NCBI GenBank assembly: GCA_963848295.1
Contig: CAWKDB010000002.1
Span: forward strand, 480,001 to 544,000
Length of the DNA stretch: 64,000 nt
Origin: an uncultured delta proteobacterium
GTDB taxonomy: Bacteria; Myxococcota_A; Polyangia; Haliangiales; Haliangiaceae
Direction of reading: 5' to 3'
Translations under genes and position numbers: made by a program
Shown here: positions 46,230-57,069 of the stretch, in pieces
Position numbering within the stretch: the first letter of the stretch is position 1
Layout: every line of letters starts with the position of its first letter
The notes under the pieces: generated by a model
Told to the model about the DNA's origin: nothing
What the model saw: the letters and a program-made list of their open reading frames with translations, nothing else
Databases searched by the model: none

Positions 46230-48101
46230 CTAGTTGAGAGAGCACGTTTCGAACAGACCGGCGGTGCCGTTGCCGCCGGAGCTGCCACCGGAGAAGCCGC
46301 CGGATCCGGCGATCGCGGCCTCGCCGCCGGTGAACGTGTTGGTCGCGGCGGCGCAGTAGTTCGGCGTGCCGAGCCCCGACGTATAGATGCCGACGCTGAT
46401 CCCGCCGCATCCACCGCCGCCGCCGCTGCCCGCGCCGCCGTTGCCGCCATCGCCGCCGCGTCCGCCTTTGCCGGTGCAGAACAGCGCTCCGGTTTGACCG
46501 CCGCCGCCGCCGATGCCGCCGAGCCCACCAGCGCCGCCAATGCCGCCCTCGCCGCCGGTGCCGCCGACTCCGATCTGGATCGTGTTGCCGGTCACGACCG
46601 GTTGCGCGCTGCCGACGATGAAGACCCCGAACGCACCGCCGCCGGCGCCACCGCCGCCGCCGCCGGTGCCACCGCAACCCGCGGTCGCGCCGCCCCCGCC
46701 GTGACCGCCGAACATGTCGGCGGTGCACGTGCCTTGGCCGAGATCGCAATGCGCACCGCCGCCGGCCGCGCCACCACCGCCACCGCCACCGTTCCCGCCG
46801 ATCACGCCGGTCGGTGCGACCGCGCCGATCCAGTCGCCGCCGACGATCGCTCCGGCCGGCGCGGCACAACCCGCAACCCCGGACCCGCCGGCGCCATTGC
46901 CGCCATCCTTGCCGTCGGCGCCGGCCTGCGGAAGCTGCGTCGCGCCGTTGACCGGGACAAAACACGTGTTCGCGTCGAGCTCCGCGTCGTAACCGCGCAC
47001 GCCCGCGGCGCCGGCCGCTCCGCCACCAGCTCCGCCGCCAGCGTTACCGGCCGCGGCCGGGAACGTCGCCGTGCTGTTCTGTGTCGATCGCGAAGGCGAG
47101 CAGTTGTTGCCACCGCCGTTGCCGCCGCCGACCGACGTTCCCCCGCAGCTCTTGCTCGCACCGCCCGATGCGGTGCGATTCGCCGCTGCGTTGCACTGTC
47201 CGCCGCCGGTCGCGCTGATCGAATCGAGTGCGGTCGTGTACGCGGTGCCGTCCGTGCCCGGCGAGCCGTTGTCACCTGCGCCGCCGCGCGTGCCCGGGCC
47301 ACCGCGACCCGCGAAGATCTGGTTGTTGCGAATCGTGAGATTAGCAGTCGAGCCGGTGACGTAGACCGCATACGAGTTTCCGCCGACTTGCGCGTTATCC
47401 GAGCCACGCACGATAAACCCTTCGAACAAGGTCGGCGTCATGATCGCGTTCGCGATCACGGTACGATCGTGAACGCCCGTGGTCGCAACGCCTTGAATCA
47501 CCGTGTCGGTGGTCGCGAGGTGACGATGCCACGTGTCGCCGTGATAGCCGCCGAGCAGCGAGACCCCGTCGACAAGGGTCACCGCTTCGTCGTACGTACC
47601 GTCGGCGACGAGTACCTGGGTTCGCCCCGCAGCCGCGACGCGAGTGAGCCCCTGGGTAATCGTCTTGCACGGATAGTTGCCCATTCCCGATCCGGTCGGT
47701 CCGAGCCCGCAGCCGGCATCGTCGATCGCGTTCGTGTCGGCGGCCGACACGTAGATGCCGTCCGTATTGATCTGGAACTCGCACCCGTCGGCGAGTAGGC
47801 CGTCGAGATCGTAGTAGCCCGCCGTGCACGTCGCTTGGCAAGTTGGAGCGCTGTTCGTGTTGCAGGTGCCCGTCGCGTTCGCGAGCACCAGCGCCGTACA
47901 GTCGATGTTGCAGCCGCCGCACTGCGTGTCGGTGTTGTACACGCCGCTTTGTGGACACGTCGTGTCGGGCACCCCGGCGTCGACGACGCGTGGAGCGTCG
48001 TGCTGCGGTACCGCCGCGTCGGCGCGCTCGCTCGCCGTCGAGCACGCCGCCAGAATGACGATCGCGAGCAACCCCCAGGTCGTGCGCACGGCCGGGACCA
48101 T
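46230..48101 (-). CDS. Gly-rich, Cys-rich surface lipoprotein, paralog 1
   Basis: LAAC lipobox, DLDGLLADGCE, PCKTITQGL...VADGTYDE, poly-Gly, ends CSLN. Confidence 0.8.
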   Translation of the reverse strand: MVPAVRTTWGLLAIVILAACSTASERADAAVPQHDAPRVVDAGVPDTTCPQSGVYNTDTQCGGCNIDCTALVLANATGTCNTNSAPTCQATCTAGYYDLDGLLADGCEFQINTDGIYVSAADTNAIDDAGCGLGPTGSGMGNYPCKTITQGLTRVAAAGRTQVLVADGTYDEAVTLVDGVSLLGGYHGDTWHRHLATTDTVIQGVATTGVHDRTVIANAIMTPTLFEGFIVRGSDNAQVGGNSYAVYVTGSTANLTIRNNQIFAGRGGPGTRGGAGDNGSPGTDGTAYTTALDSISATGGGQCNAAANRTASGGASKSCGGTSVGGGNGGGNNCSPSRSTQNSTATFPAAAGNAGGGAGGGAAGAAGVRGYDAELDANTCFVPVNGATQLPQAGADGKDGGNGAGGSGVAGCAAPAGAIVGGDWIGAVAPTGVIGGNGGGGGGGAAGGGAHCDLGQGTCTADMFGGHGGGGATAGCGGTGGGGGGAGGGAFGVFIVGSAQPVVTGNTIQIGVGGTGGEGGIGGAGGLGGIGGGGGQTGALFCTGKGGRGGDGGNGGAGSGGGGGCGGISVGIYTSGLGTPNYCAAATNTFTGGEAAIAGSGGFSGGSSGGNGTAGLFETCSLN

Positions 48102-48217
48102 AACCTAAACGTCGCCACCTGCGGGGCGCAGGTGCTTCGGCGCGATGGATCCGGGCTCGGGCAATCCCTCCGGCATTGCCTGTTGCCCGTCGCCTGTTGA
48201 TCGATTGATCGATTCGC

Positions 48218-49003
<786 letters not shown>

Positions 49004-49107
49004 TGGCGCGAATGACTCCTGCGTACGGTTGGCCTTATCGGCCCCGCTTTCTCTCCCGGTCGCCTTCAACCTTACACTATCGCCCCACCGGGCGCGACAA
49101 ACACCGC

Positions 49108-50415
49108 TTACTTCCCAGCACCTAGCTGGGCGGCGAGCTCCTTCGCCCGCTCTCCCAAGGTCGGGTCCGCCTTGCGGTCTTTGGGGGCGACCCCGCTCTG
49201 ATCCCCCCAAAAACCGTCGAGCTTTTCGGGGGCGTGTGCGAGCGCGAGCAGCTTCGGCGCGTCCCCGGCCGACTTCAGCCTGGCCAGGGCCTCGATCGCG
49301 ATCCAGCGCTGGACCCGGCCTTTGTCGCCGAGCAGCTCGCGGACCTGGGCGAGCGCCACGTCGCGTGGGGTGGCGGCGACGATCGCGTTGATCACCGAGC
49401 CCCCGAGCGAGCTCTGGTCGTAGCTGCCCTCGGGCAACGCCCGCACGACCTCGGCGATCGACTTGGCGCCGCCGCACTGGATCGCGTTGGTCGCCACGAC
49501 GTAGCGATAGCGAGCGCTACCGTGGGGCTGCGGGATCATGTCGACGAGCGGCGGCAGGCACTGCGGCGGACCGACCGCGCGAATCAGCGAGATCGCGTCG
49601 TTCGCGATCGCGCCCGACATCGAGTCGTCCTTGGCGATCGAGACGAGCGTGTCGAGGTTCGGGACCAGCGGCGCGGGCTCGGCGACGTCGAACAGCCCCT
49701 GCGGATCGACGTAGGCCCGTGCGAGCGCCGCGAGGACGCGACCCGGCAGCGAGTCATCGCCGCGGCTCATCCGAACCAGCGCGAGCTCGTCCTTGATCGC
49801 GGTCGGATCCTGCGTCGCGGCCAGCGCGATCAGCAGCTCGTCGCCGACTCGGTTCTTGACCTTCTCTTGACCGGGTGCCGCGATCACGCCGTCCAACACC
49901 CCGATCATCTTCTTGCCGGCCGGTACGCCGATCATCCGCATCACGGTCGAGCCGGTGAACTGGCCGGCGTTCGCGCGGCCCTCGTAGGACGGGACGGCGT
50001 ACCAGTCGATCATGTAGTCGTCGATCTGCTTGCGCTCGGCATCGCCGCCGTACTTGCGGATCATCACGAGCGCGTCCTTCGCGCTGACCTGCGGCGGCCC
50101 GGGCAGCTTCATGTCGCCGTCGACGCGAGCGATCGCCCACAACCGGGTGATCAGCTTGCCGACGACCTCGGCCTTGCGCCCCTTGCCCATCTGCTCGAGC
50201 ACGGCCTTGACGTCGGCCTCGCGGCCCATCCGCACGAGGTTCACCGCCGCGTGCGCCGAGACATCGGGGTCGAGCGAGTCGTCGGCGACCGTGTGTTGCA
50301 GCTTGCCCGGACCGCGTTCGGTCCGCATCCATCTGTCGAGGTTGTCGTCGGTCGGCTTCTCCGAGCAGCTGGTTGCAGCGGAGACGAGCACGGCGATCAC
50401 GATGAGGCGGTGCAT
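49108..50415 (-). CDS. HEAT/alpha-solenoid lipoprotein
   Basis: ATSC lipobox; helical repeats (AISLIRAVG, AIEALARL). Confidence 0.7.
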   Translation of the reverse strand: MHRLIVIAVLVSAATSCSEKPTDDNLDRWMRTERGPGKLQHTVADDSLDPDVSAHAAVNLVRMGREADVKAVLEQMGKGRKAEVVGKLITRLWAIARVDGDMKLPGPPQVSAKDALVMIRKYGGDAERKQIDDYMIDWYAVPSYEGRANAGQFTGSTVMRMIGVPAGKKMIGVLDGVIAAPGQEKVKNRVGDELLIALAATQDPTAIKDELALVRMSRGDDSLPGRVLAALARAYVDPQGLFDVAEPAPLVPNLDTLVSIAKDDSMSGAIANDAISLIRAVGPPQCLPPLVDMIPQPHGSARYRYVVATNAIQCGGAKSIAEVVRALPEGSYDQSSLGGSVINAIVAATPRDVALAQVRELLGDKGRVQRWIAIEALARLKSAGDAPKLLALAHAPEKLDGFWGDQSGVAPKDRKADPTLGERAKELAAQLGAGK

Positions 50416-50469
50416 ACGGAGCGCAGCCTATCACCCGCGCCGCGCGAACGTGGTGATACGTTCCGCGCG

Positions 50470-51921
50470 ATGTTGCGTGTCCGTCGCCTGTCGGTCGTCG
50501 CGCTCGCGCTCGCCGCGTCGCAGGCGCACGGGTCGCCGGTTTCGGATCCGACGTCGGGCCGCTCGGTGTTCACCGGCGCGACGCTGCCCGGCGCCACCTC
50601 GATCTACCTCGATCCGGCCGCGCTCGGGCTCGGCGTCGCGAACGAGATCTACCTCGGAGCGAGCGCGGTCGTCGATCAATCGCGGATCGCGCTGTCGACG
50701 CTCGACATCAACTCCGGCGCGACGGCCGCCGGCCCGGACGTCCACGATGCGAGCCTCGCGCCCGGCGGATTGGCCGCGGCGATCTTCCATCTCGGGAGCG
50801 ACTCGAGCCCGCGGTTCACGCTCGCGGTCTCGCTCCAGGCCACGCCCGGCGAACGCTTCGCCTCCGGCCACGATTCGCTGCGCTACTTCACGCTCGGCGG
50901 CTACGAGCGGACGTACGACGGCGCGGTCGCGGCGGCGATCCGCGTGACGAATGACTTGTTCTTCGGGCTCTCGCTCGCGAGCGACGTCAACTATGTCCAG
51001 CTCCGCTACGCGCGCGACACCGCGCTCGCCGCGGGTCATGGGGCCGGCGGCGTCGACAGCGACTGCGGAGGGTCGCCGTGCGGCGTCGGCAATCCGCAGG
51101 CAACCGAGCAGTACGACATCAAGGCGTCGACGCCGATCATCTCGACCGCGAACCTCGCGGCGAACATCGGCCTGATCTACCAGATCGCGAAGGACGTCTG
51201 GGTCGGCGTCGGGTATCACTCGCCGCCCGGCCTCGCGATCCAGACCGAGCTCAACGGTTCCGCGTCGGTCACGCGCGCGCCGCGCGATGGCGGCAACACG
51301 ATCACCGGCGCGTCGACCGTCGAGGTCTCGCTGCCGGCCAGCGTCGATCTCGAGTTTCGGGCTCGCCTGCCCGGCCGGCTCGATCTCCACGTCGGCGCGC
51401 GATGGGAAGACCTGTCGCGGTTTCGCGGCTACGACGTGCGGACCTACGGCGACGTGTTCGCGGCCAACAACGTGCCCGAGTGGACGGAACGGCCGCGCGG
51501 CATGCACGATCCGCTCGCGGTATGGGCGGGCATCGAGCAGGCCGGAGACCGATGGGGGCTCGGCGAGCGGTTCCGGTTCGGCGCACGGCTCGGCTTCGAG
51601 ACCGCGTCCGTCGACGAGGCGCGGGAATCGCCGACGACGATCGCGCCGACCTCGTTCACCGCGGATGTCGGCGCGCAGGTGCGGCTGTCGCAGAACCTGA
51701 TCGTCGAGCTGACCTACGGCATCCAGTATTTTCCGACGGTCACGGTCACGAAGAGCGAGTACGACCCGCGCGATCAGATCGCGTGCCTCGACAACGGCGT
51801 CGACTACAACACGTCGGTCTGCGATTCGCAGCGCAACGGCTACACGATCGAATCGGGCGACGGCAGCTATCAACGGATCGAGCACGCGATTCGCTTCGCG
51901 CTTCGCTATGACTGGTTCTGA
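50470..51921 (+). CDS. FadL/OmpP1-like outer-membrane beta-barrel
   Basis: Signal peptide ending AHG, SIYLDPAALG (NPA-like), amphipathic strands, terminal YDWF. Confidence 0.7.
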   Translation: MLRVRRLSVVALALAASQAHGSPVSDPTSGRSVFTGATLPGATSIYLDPAALGLGVANEIYLGASAVVDQSRIALSTLDINSGATAAGPDVHDASLAPGGLAAAIFHLGSDSSPRFTLAVSLQATPGERFASGHDSLRYFTLGGYERTYDGAVAAAIRVTNDLFFGLSLASDVNYVQLRYARDTALAAGHGAGGVDSDCGGSPCGVGNPQATEQYDIKASTPIISTANLAANIGLIYQIAKDVWVGVGYHSPPGLAIQTELNGSASVTRAPRDGGNTITGASTVEVSLPASVDLEFRARLPGRLDLHVGARWEDLSRFRGYDVRTYGDVFAANNVPEWTERPRGMHDPLAVWAGIEQAGDRWGLGERFRFGARLGFETASVDEARESPTTIAPTSFTADVGAQVRLSQNLIVELTYGIQYFPTVTVTKSEYDPRDQIACLDNGVDYNTSVCDSQRNGYTIESGDGSYQRIEHAIRFALRYDWF

Positions 51922-53035
51922 TCCGCTGATCGTCATCCACGGCGCGACCGGGCGGATCGGCCGGCGCGTGTGCAGCGAGCTCGCGGGCGGTCAGCTCGCG
52001 GTCGCCGGGCGCGATCCGGGCAAGCTCGGCACGCTCGGCGTCGCCGACGTACGCGACGTCTACACCGAGGCTGATCTCGAGACCGCGTTCGCCGGCGCGC
52101 GCGTCGTGGTCAACTGCGCGGTCGGCCAAGGCGCCGCCGCGCTCGCCGCCGCGCTCGCCGCCGGTGCCGATTACCTCGACGTCACCGCCGACCAGGCGAA
52201 GATGTTGGCGATGTACGAGCGGTTCGAGTCCGCGGCGCGCCACTCCGGCCTCGTCGCCCTGCCCGGTGCCGGCGTCGCTTGTGCGCTCGGCGATTGGGCG
52301 GCCGCGTGGGCGGCGGCGCACGTCTGCGGCGACGAGCTCGAGGCGACCGAGGTCGTGCGGCGCGTGCCGGCACCGCGCCGCGCCGACGATCGCCCGCTCG
52401 ACGAGATCGCGGTGAGCTACCTGTTCGACGACCTCGTGCTGTCGCCCGCGAGCCAGCGCGAGATCTTCACCGGCTTGCGCGATCGGGCGCTCGTGTGGCG
52501 ACGCGATCGCTGGGAGTCGGTCGCGCCCGCTGCCGCGCGTCGCCGGGTCAACGCCGGCCCGCAGTTCGGCGGCGAGCGCGACGCCGCGTTGTTTCCCGGC
52601 GGCGAAGCGGTCACGGTCCCGCGCCACATCGCCGCACAGCTCGTCCAGACCTACGCGTCGACGACGCGCAACGCCGCCGCGGGAACCGCGCTGCGCTTGC
52701 TCGCCCGCGCGCTGCCGTTCGTGCCGAAGCGCGCCGCCGAGCTGCTCGCGCCGTTCACGCCGGCCGAGTCCGACTACGAGCGCACGCAGTTCGCGATCGT
52801 CGCCCAGGCGCGCCGCGGGTTCGCCGCGGCTCAAGTCGTCGTGTCGGGCCGCGACCTCTACCATACGACCGCGGTGATCGCGGCGTGGATCGCACGGGCG
52901 ATCGCGACCCGCTCGGCGGGGCCGGTCGGCGTGTGCGCGGCGAGCGAGCTGTTCGTACCCTCGCTCGCACTGCACGAGCTCGCGCCGCTCGCCGGGCTTT
53001 CGGTCGAGCCGAGCTTCGGCAGCGGGCGCCGCTGA
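51908..53035 (+). CDS. Saccharopine dehydrogenase-like oxidoreductase
   Basis: GATGRIG, VAGRD, VVNCAV, YLDVT. Confidence 0.75.
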   Translation: MTGSDPLIVIHGATGRIGRRVCSELAGGQLAVAGRDPGKLGTLGVADVRDVYTEADLETAFAGARVVVNCAVGQGAAALAAALAAGADYLDVTADQAKMLAMYERFESAARHSGLVALPGAGVACALGDWAAAWAAAHVCGDELEATEVVRRVPAPRRADDRPLDEIAVSYLFDDLVLSPASQREIFTGLRDRALVWRRDRWESVAPAAARRRVNAGPQFGGERDAALFPGGEAVTVPRHIAAQLVQTYASTTRNAAAGTALRLLARALPFVPKRAAELLAPFTPAESDYERTQFAIVAQARRGFAAAQVVVSGRDLYHTTAVIAAWIARAIATRSAGPVGVCAASELFVPSLALHELAPLAGLSVEPSFGSGRR

Positions 53036-53054
53036 TCGTGGTACCGTTGCCGTG

Positions 53055-54368
53055 ATGTCGTGGCAGCTCGAGGCCGAAGCATCTGCCGGCCGTGGCGTCA
53101 CGGCGAAGCGCTATCGCTTGAGCAACGGGCTCGGGTTGATCGCGGCGGTCGATCACCGCGCGCCGATCGTCGCGTTGCAGACTTGGTATCGGGTCGGCTC
53201 GCGGCACGAGCGCCCGGGCGCGACCGGGATGGCGCACCTGTTCGAGCACCTGATGTTCGGTCAGACCGAGTCGATGGCGCCGGGCGAATTCGATCGCCTC
53301 GTCGAGCGCACCGGCGGCGAATCGAACGCCGCGACCTGGGTCGACTGGACCTACTACAAGTTGTCGCTGCCGGCGCGCGATCTCGCGCTCGGCGTCAAGC
53401 TCGAGGCCGAGCGGATGCAACACCTCGTGCTCGAGCCCGCACCGGTCGAGGCCGAGCGCGATGTCGTGACGAACGAACGGCGCGAGCGCGTCGAGGACGA
53501 TGTCGACGGCTGGCTCGACGAGCAACTGATGGCGCACGCGTTCACCGAGCATCCGTATCGCTGGCCGACGATCGGCTGGATGGAAGACATCCGCGCGCTC
53601 GCCCTGCCCGACATCCGCGCGTTCTATCGCACGTGGTACGCGCCGAACAACGCGACGATCGTCTGTGTCGGCGACTTCGACGACGAGGAGCTGCGCCGGT
53701 TGATCGAGGACTCCTACGGCGGCATCCCGCCCGCGCAGCTACCCGGGCTTTTGCGCGTGGTCGAGCCCGAGCAGCAGCGCGAGCGAGTCGTGCGCGCTGG
53801 CAAGCCGATCGCGACCGACCGGTTGCTCGTCGGCTACAAGGCGCCGGGCCAGGACCATCCCGATTGGCCGGCGCTCGAGATCGTCGCGACGATGCTCGCC
53901 GGCTGTCCTTCGGCGCGACTGCATCGCCGGCTCGTGATCGAGAAGGAGATCGCATCGTCGGTCGATGCGCAGCTGACGCCGTTCAGCGACCCGTCGTTGC
54001 TCCGGCTCGCGGTGACGACCGCGCGCGACCACGCGGCCGACGAGATCCTCGGCGTGATCGATCACGAGATCGCCGCGATGATCGAATCGCCGCCGACGAA
54101 CGCCGACGTCGAGAAGGCCAAGGCGCTCGCCGAGACCGACTTCTGGCAGTCGCTCGCCGATGTCGACGGCAAGGCCGAGGCGCTCGGTCACTACGAGACC
54201 GCGCTCGGTGATTTCCGCCGGCTCGGCGTCGTGGCGGACCGGCTCGCCGCGGTCACCGCCGAAGACGTCGCCCGCGTGATGCGGTGCTATCTCGTGGCGA
54301 CGAAGCGCACGATCGTGATCGCCGAGCCCGAAACCGAAGCGTCGGACGCCGACGAGAGCGCGGACTAG
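53055..54368 (+). CDS. M16 family zinc peptidase, catalytic subunit
   Basis: GMAHLFEHLMF (HxxEH), NAAT..D.T.Y, ER.VV.NERR, HPY..PTIG, WYAPNNA. Confidence 0.92.
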   Translation: MSWQLEAEASAGRGVTAKRYRLSNGLGLIAAVDHRAPIVALQTWYRVGSRHERPGATGMAHLFEHLMFGQTESMAPGEFDRLVERTGGESNAATWVDWTYYKLSLPARDLALGVKLEAERMQHLVLEPAPVEAERDVVTNERRERVEDDVDGWLDEQLMAHAFTEHPYRWPTIGWMEDIRALALPDIRAFYRTWYAPNNATIVCVGDFDDEELRRLIEDSYGGIPPAQLPGLLRVVEPEQQRERVVRAGKPIATDRLLVGYKAPGQDHPDWPALEIVATMLAGCPSARLHRRLVIEKEIASSVDAQLTPFSDPSLLRLAVTTARDHAADEILGVIDHEIAAMIESPPTNADVEKAKALAETDFWQSLADVDGKAEALGHYETALGDFRRLGVVADRLAAVTAEDVARVMRCYLVATKRTIVIAEPETEASDADESAD

Positions 54369-54370
54369 CG

Positions 54371-55648
54371 ATGGCTCCCGTCGTGATCGTCGAGGCGTCG
54401 CCCGATACGCCGCTCGTGTGGTTCGACGTCGCGGTCCGCGGCGGCGCGGCCGCCGATCCGATCGGCTCCGAGGGCCTGCATCGCCACACGTCCCTGTTGG
54501 CGCGCCGCGGCGCCGGGACGCGCGACCGCGCCCAGCTCGACGACACGCTCGACTCGCTCGGTGCCGCGCTCGACATGTCGATCTCGCGCGATGCGGTCAC
54601 GCTGTCCGGCCTCGTCCTGTCGCGTCACCTCGATGCGGCGATCGGGCTGTGCGCCGACGTCCTCGCCGCACCGGCGTTCAGCGAGGACGAGCACGCGCGC
54701 CTGTTGCGCGAGACTCCGCAAGTGCTCGACGAGATCCGCGACGACGACAGCATCCTCGCCACCCGCTACTTCGACCGCCACGTCTGCCCGGGACATCCCT
54801 ACGCCCGCACGACGATCGGGACGAACAAGTCGCTCGAGCAGTTCACGCGCGACGCCTCGATCGCGACGTGGCGGCGCGAGGTCGTGCCGGACAACCTCGT
54901 GATCGGCCTGGCCGGCGACATCGACCATGCGGCGGCGACGAGGATCGTCGATCGGCTCACCGCCGGCCTGGCGTCCGGTCGCCGGCTGCCGCCACCCGAG
55001 ATCATCCACCCACCGAGCACCGGCCGAAAGGTCATCCTCGTCGACAAGGCCGAGCGCACGCAGGCGCAGATCCGGATCGGCCATCTGTCCGCGCGCTATG
55101 GCCACGAGGACACCGCCGCGCTCGCGATCGCCGAAGCGGTGCTCGGCGGCATGTTCAGCTCGCGGTTGATGCAAGAGATCCGGGTCAAGCGCGGTTGGAG
55201 CTACGGCGCCGGTTGCGCACTGCGGCGCTCGCGGTTGCCGCACTGGTTCGAGATCTGGATGGCCGCCGGCATCGACGTCGCCGGCCCGGCGATCGCGCTC
55301 ACGCTCGATCTCTACGCCGACTACGCGGCGCACGGCCCGACCGACGACGAATTCGAATTCGCGCGCAGCTATCTGATCGGCGCGATGCCGTTTCACGTCG
55401 CGACCGCACGCCAGCGCATGCAGCTCGCGGTGCGCGATGCGGTGTTCGACCTACCCGCCGACTTTACTGCGCGGTTGCCCGAAGCGCTCGGCGCGTTGAC
55501 CGCGGCCGACGTCCGCGCCGCGTGCGCGCGTCAGCTCCATCCGAACGATGCGGTCACGATCGCGGTGACGACGGCGGAGAACGCCAAGGCGGCGCTCGAT
55601 GCCGCGGGTGCCGGCGCGCTCTCGGTGTTCGGCCACGATTACTACTGA
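54371..55648 (+). CDS. M16 family peptidase, non-catalytic partner subunit
   Basis: No HxxEH; HPY and LGG.FSSRL.QEIRVKRGWSY (R/Y pair). Confidence 0.88.
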   Translation: MAPVVIVEASPDTPLVWFDVAVRGGAAADPIGSEGLHRHTSLLARRGAGTRDRAQLDDTLDSLGAALDMSISRDAVTLSGLVLSRHLDAAIGLCADVLAAPAFSEDEHARLLRETPQVLDEIRDDDSILATRYFDRHVCPGHPYARTTIGTNKSLEQFTRDASIATWRREVVPDNLVIGLAGDIDHAAATRIVDRLTAGLASGRRLPPPEIIHPPSTGRKVILVDKAERTQAQIRIGHLSARYGHEDTAALAIAEAVLGGMFSSRLMQEIRVKRGWSYGAGCALRRSRLPHWFEIWMAAGIDVAGPAIALTLDLYADYAAHGPTDDEFEFARSYLIGAMPFHVATARQRMQLAVRDAVFDLPADFTARLPEALGALTAADVRAACARQLHPNDAVTIAVTTAENAKAALDAAGAGALSVFGHDYY

Positions 55649-55651
55649 GCA

Positions 55652-56998
55652 TCAGACCAACGGCGCGACGAGCCGCGCCAGGTCGCTGAGCATCGTCCGT
55701 GTCATCGCGTCGGTCGCGCACCGCGCCATCTGGTGCGTGAACCACTGTTCGATCCACGTCACCGACGCCGGCGCGCGCGTCACCATCGACATCTCGAAAT
55801 CAAGGAACAGGCTGCGCATGTCGAAGTTCGCCGAACCGGCGACGATCCAATCGTCGGCGAGCACGACCTTGGCATGGAGCATCTGCGGCAGGCGGAACAC
55901 GCGGACGCCGACGTCGGCGAGCGACGCCAGATAGCTTCGGCCGACGAGATCGGCGACGCGATGGTTCGACCGCGCCGGCACGAGGACGCGGACATCGACA
56001 CCGCGCCGCGCCGCGAGCTCCAGGCCGCGCTCGAGCGCGGGATCGGGCGTGAAGTACGGCGTCGCGATCCACAGCCGCTCGCGCGCGACGAACGTGAGCT
56101 GGAGCAACACCTCGTAGATCGGATCGTCACCCGCATCGGGCCCCGACGGCACGAGCGCGATCGAGTCGTCACCGATCGCGGCGGGCACCGGCGCCGGCGG
56201 CAGATCCTCGCCGGTCGCGAACTTCCAGTCGGCGCGAAACACCTCGTCGGCGCGCGCGACCGCGGGGCCGCGCAGCTGCCACGACAGATCCTCCCAGCGT
56301 CCTGGCGCGGGCTGCGGCCCCATGTATTCGGTCGCGATGTTGCGGCCGCCGAGCAACGCGACCTCACCATCGACGACGACGATCTTGCGATGGTTCCGCA
56401 GGTTGGTCCGACCGCGGCCGCGGCCGGGTAAGCGGAACAGGGGCTCGAACACGGCGAGCTCACCGCCGTGGGCGACGAGGCGACGCCCGGCACGCTTGCG
56501 GCTGCGGTTGACGAGCAGGCCGTCGAGCAGCAACTCGACCTTCACGCCGGCGGTGGCGCGTTCGACCAGCCGATCGATGATCGCGTTCGCGACGTCGTCG
56601 TCTCCGAGCACGAACGTCGCGATCCGGATCGACTGCTGCGCGCCTTCGAGCAGCGCGCACAGCTTGGCGAACGCGACCTCGCCATTGGCATGCCACTCGA
56701 TCGCGTGTCCGGTCTCCGGCACACCCGCGCCGGTCGCGGCGAGGACTCGTTCGACCGCACCTTCGGGGCGCACCGCGGTCTTGCCGCGCTCGACGCCCGG
56801 CTTCTGGCGCGCGCGACGCAGCTTGCGACCGCCGAAAAAGAAATACAGCGGGACGCCGAGCCACGGGACGAGCGCGATCGCGAGCAACCACGCCGCGGTG
56901 CTGCCGGGCGGCCGCCGATCGCGGACGACGAGCGCCGCGAACGCGAGCGCGAGCGCGACACCTAGGACCGTCCCGAAATGACCGAACCACCAGTGCAC
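55652..56998 (-). CDS. cls: Cardiolipin synthase (phospholipase D family)
   Basis: N-terminal TM pair; two HKD motifs NHRKIVVVDG and LHAKVVLAD; ATPYF; GSANFDMRS. Confidence 0.88.
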   Translation of the reverse strand: MHWWFGHFGTVLGVALALAFAALVVRDRRPPGSTAAWLLAIALVPWLGVPLYFFFGGRKLRRARQKPGVERGKTAVRPEGAVERVLAATGAGVPETGHAIEWHANGEVAFAKLCALLEGAQQSIRIATFVLGDDDVANAIIDRLVERATAGVKVELLLDGLLVNRSRKRAGRRLVAHGGELAVFEPLFRLPGRGRGRTNLRNHRKIVVVDGEVALLGGRNIATEYMGPQPAPGRWEDLSWQLRGPAVARADEVFRADWKFATGEDLPPAPVPAAIGDDSIALVPSGPDAGDDPIYEVLLQLTFVARERLWIATPYFTPDPALERGLELAARRGVDVRVLVPARSNHRVADLVGRSYLASLADVGVRVFRLPQMLHAKVVLADDWIVAGSANFDMRSLFLDFEMSMVTRAPASVTWIEQWFTHQMARCATDAMTRTMLSDLARLVAPLV

Positions 56999-57069
56999 GC
57001 CGCCGAGAACTTACCCCGGACGCGTGCGCTGATGGTTCGATGGTGACGATCGAACGCGACGGCCGTCGC

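Noticed and set aside
44194..48101. Mycobacterial PE-PGRS assignment
   Set aside because: No PE domain; the similarity is only compositional, and these proteins carry lipoboxes.
49234..50469. Long N-terminal extensions given by the ORF track (also for asd, the LpoA-like gene, the aldehyde dehydrogenase and GH15)
   Set aside because: They overlap divergent genes; downstream starts give proper signal peptides or family N-termini.
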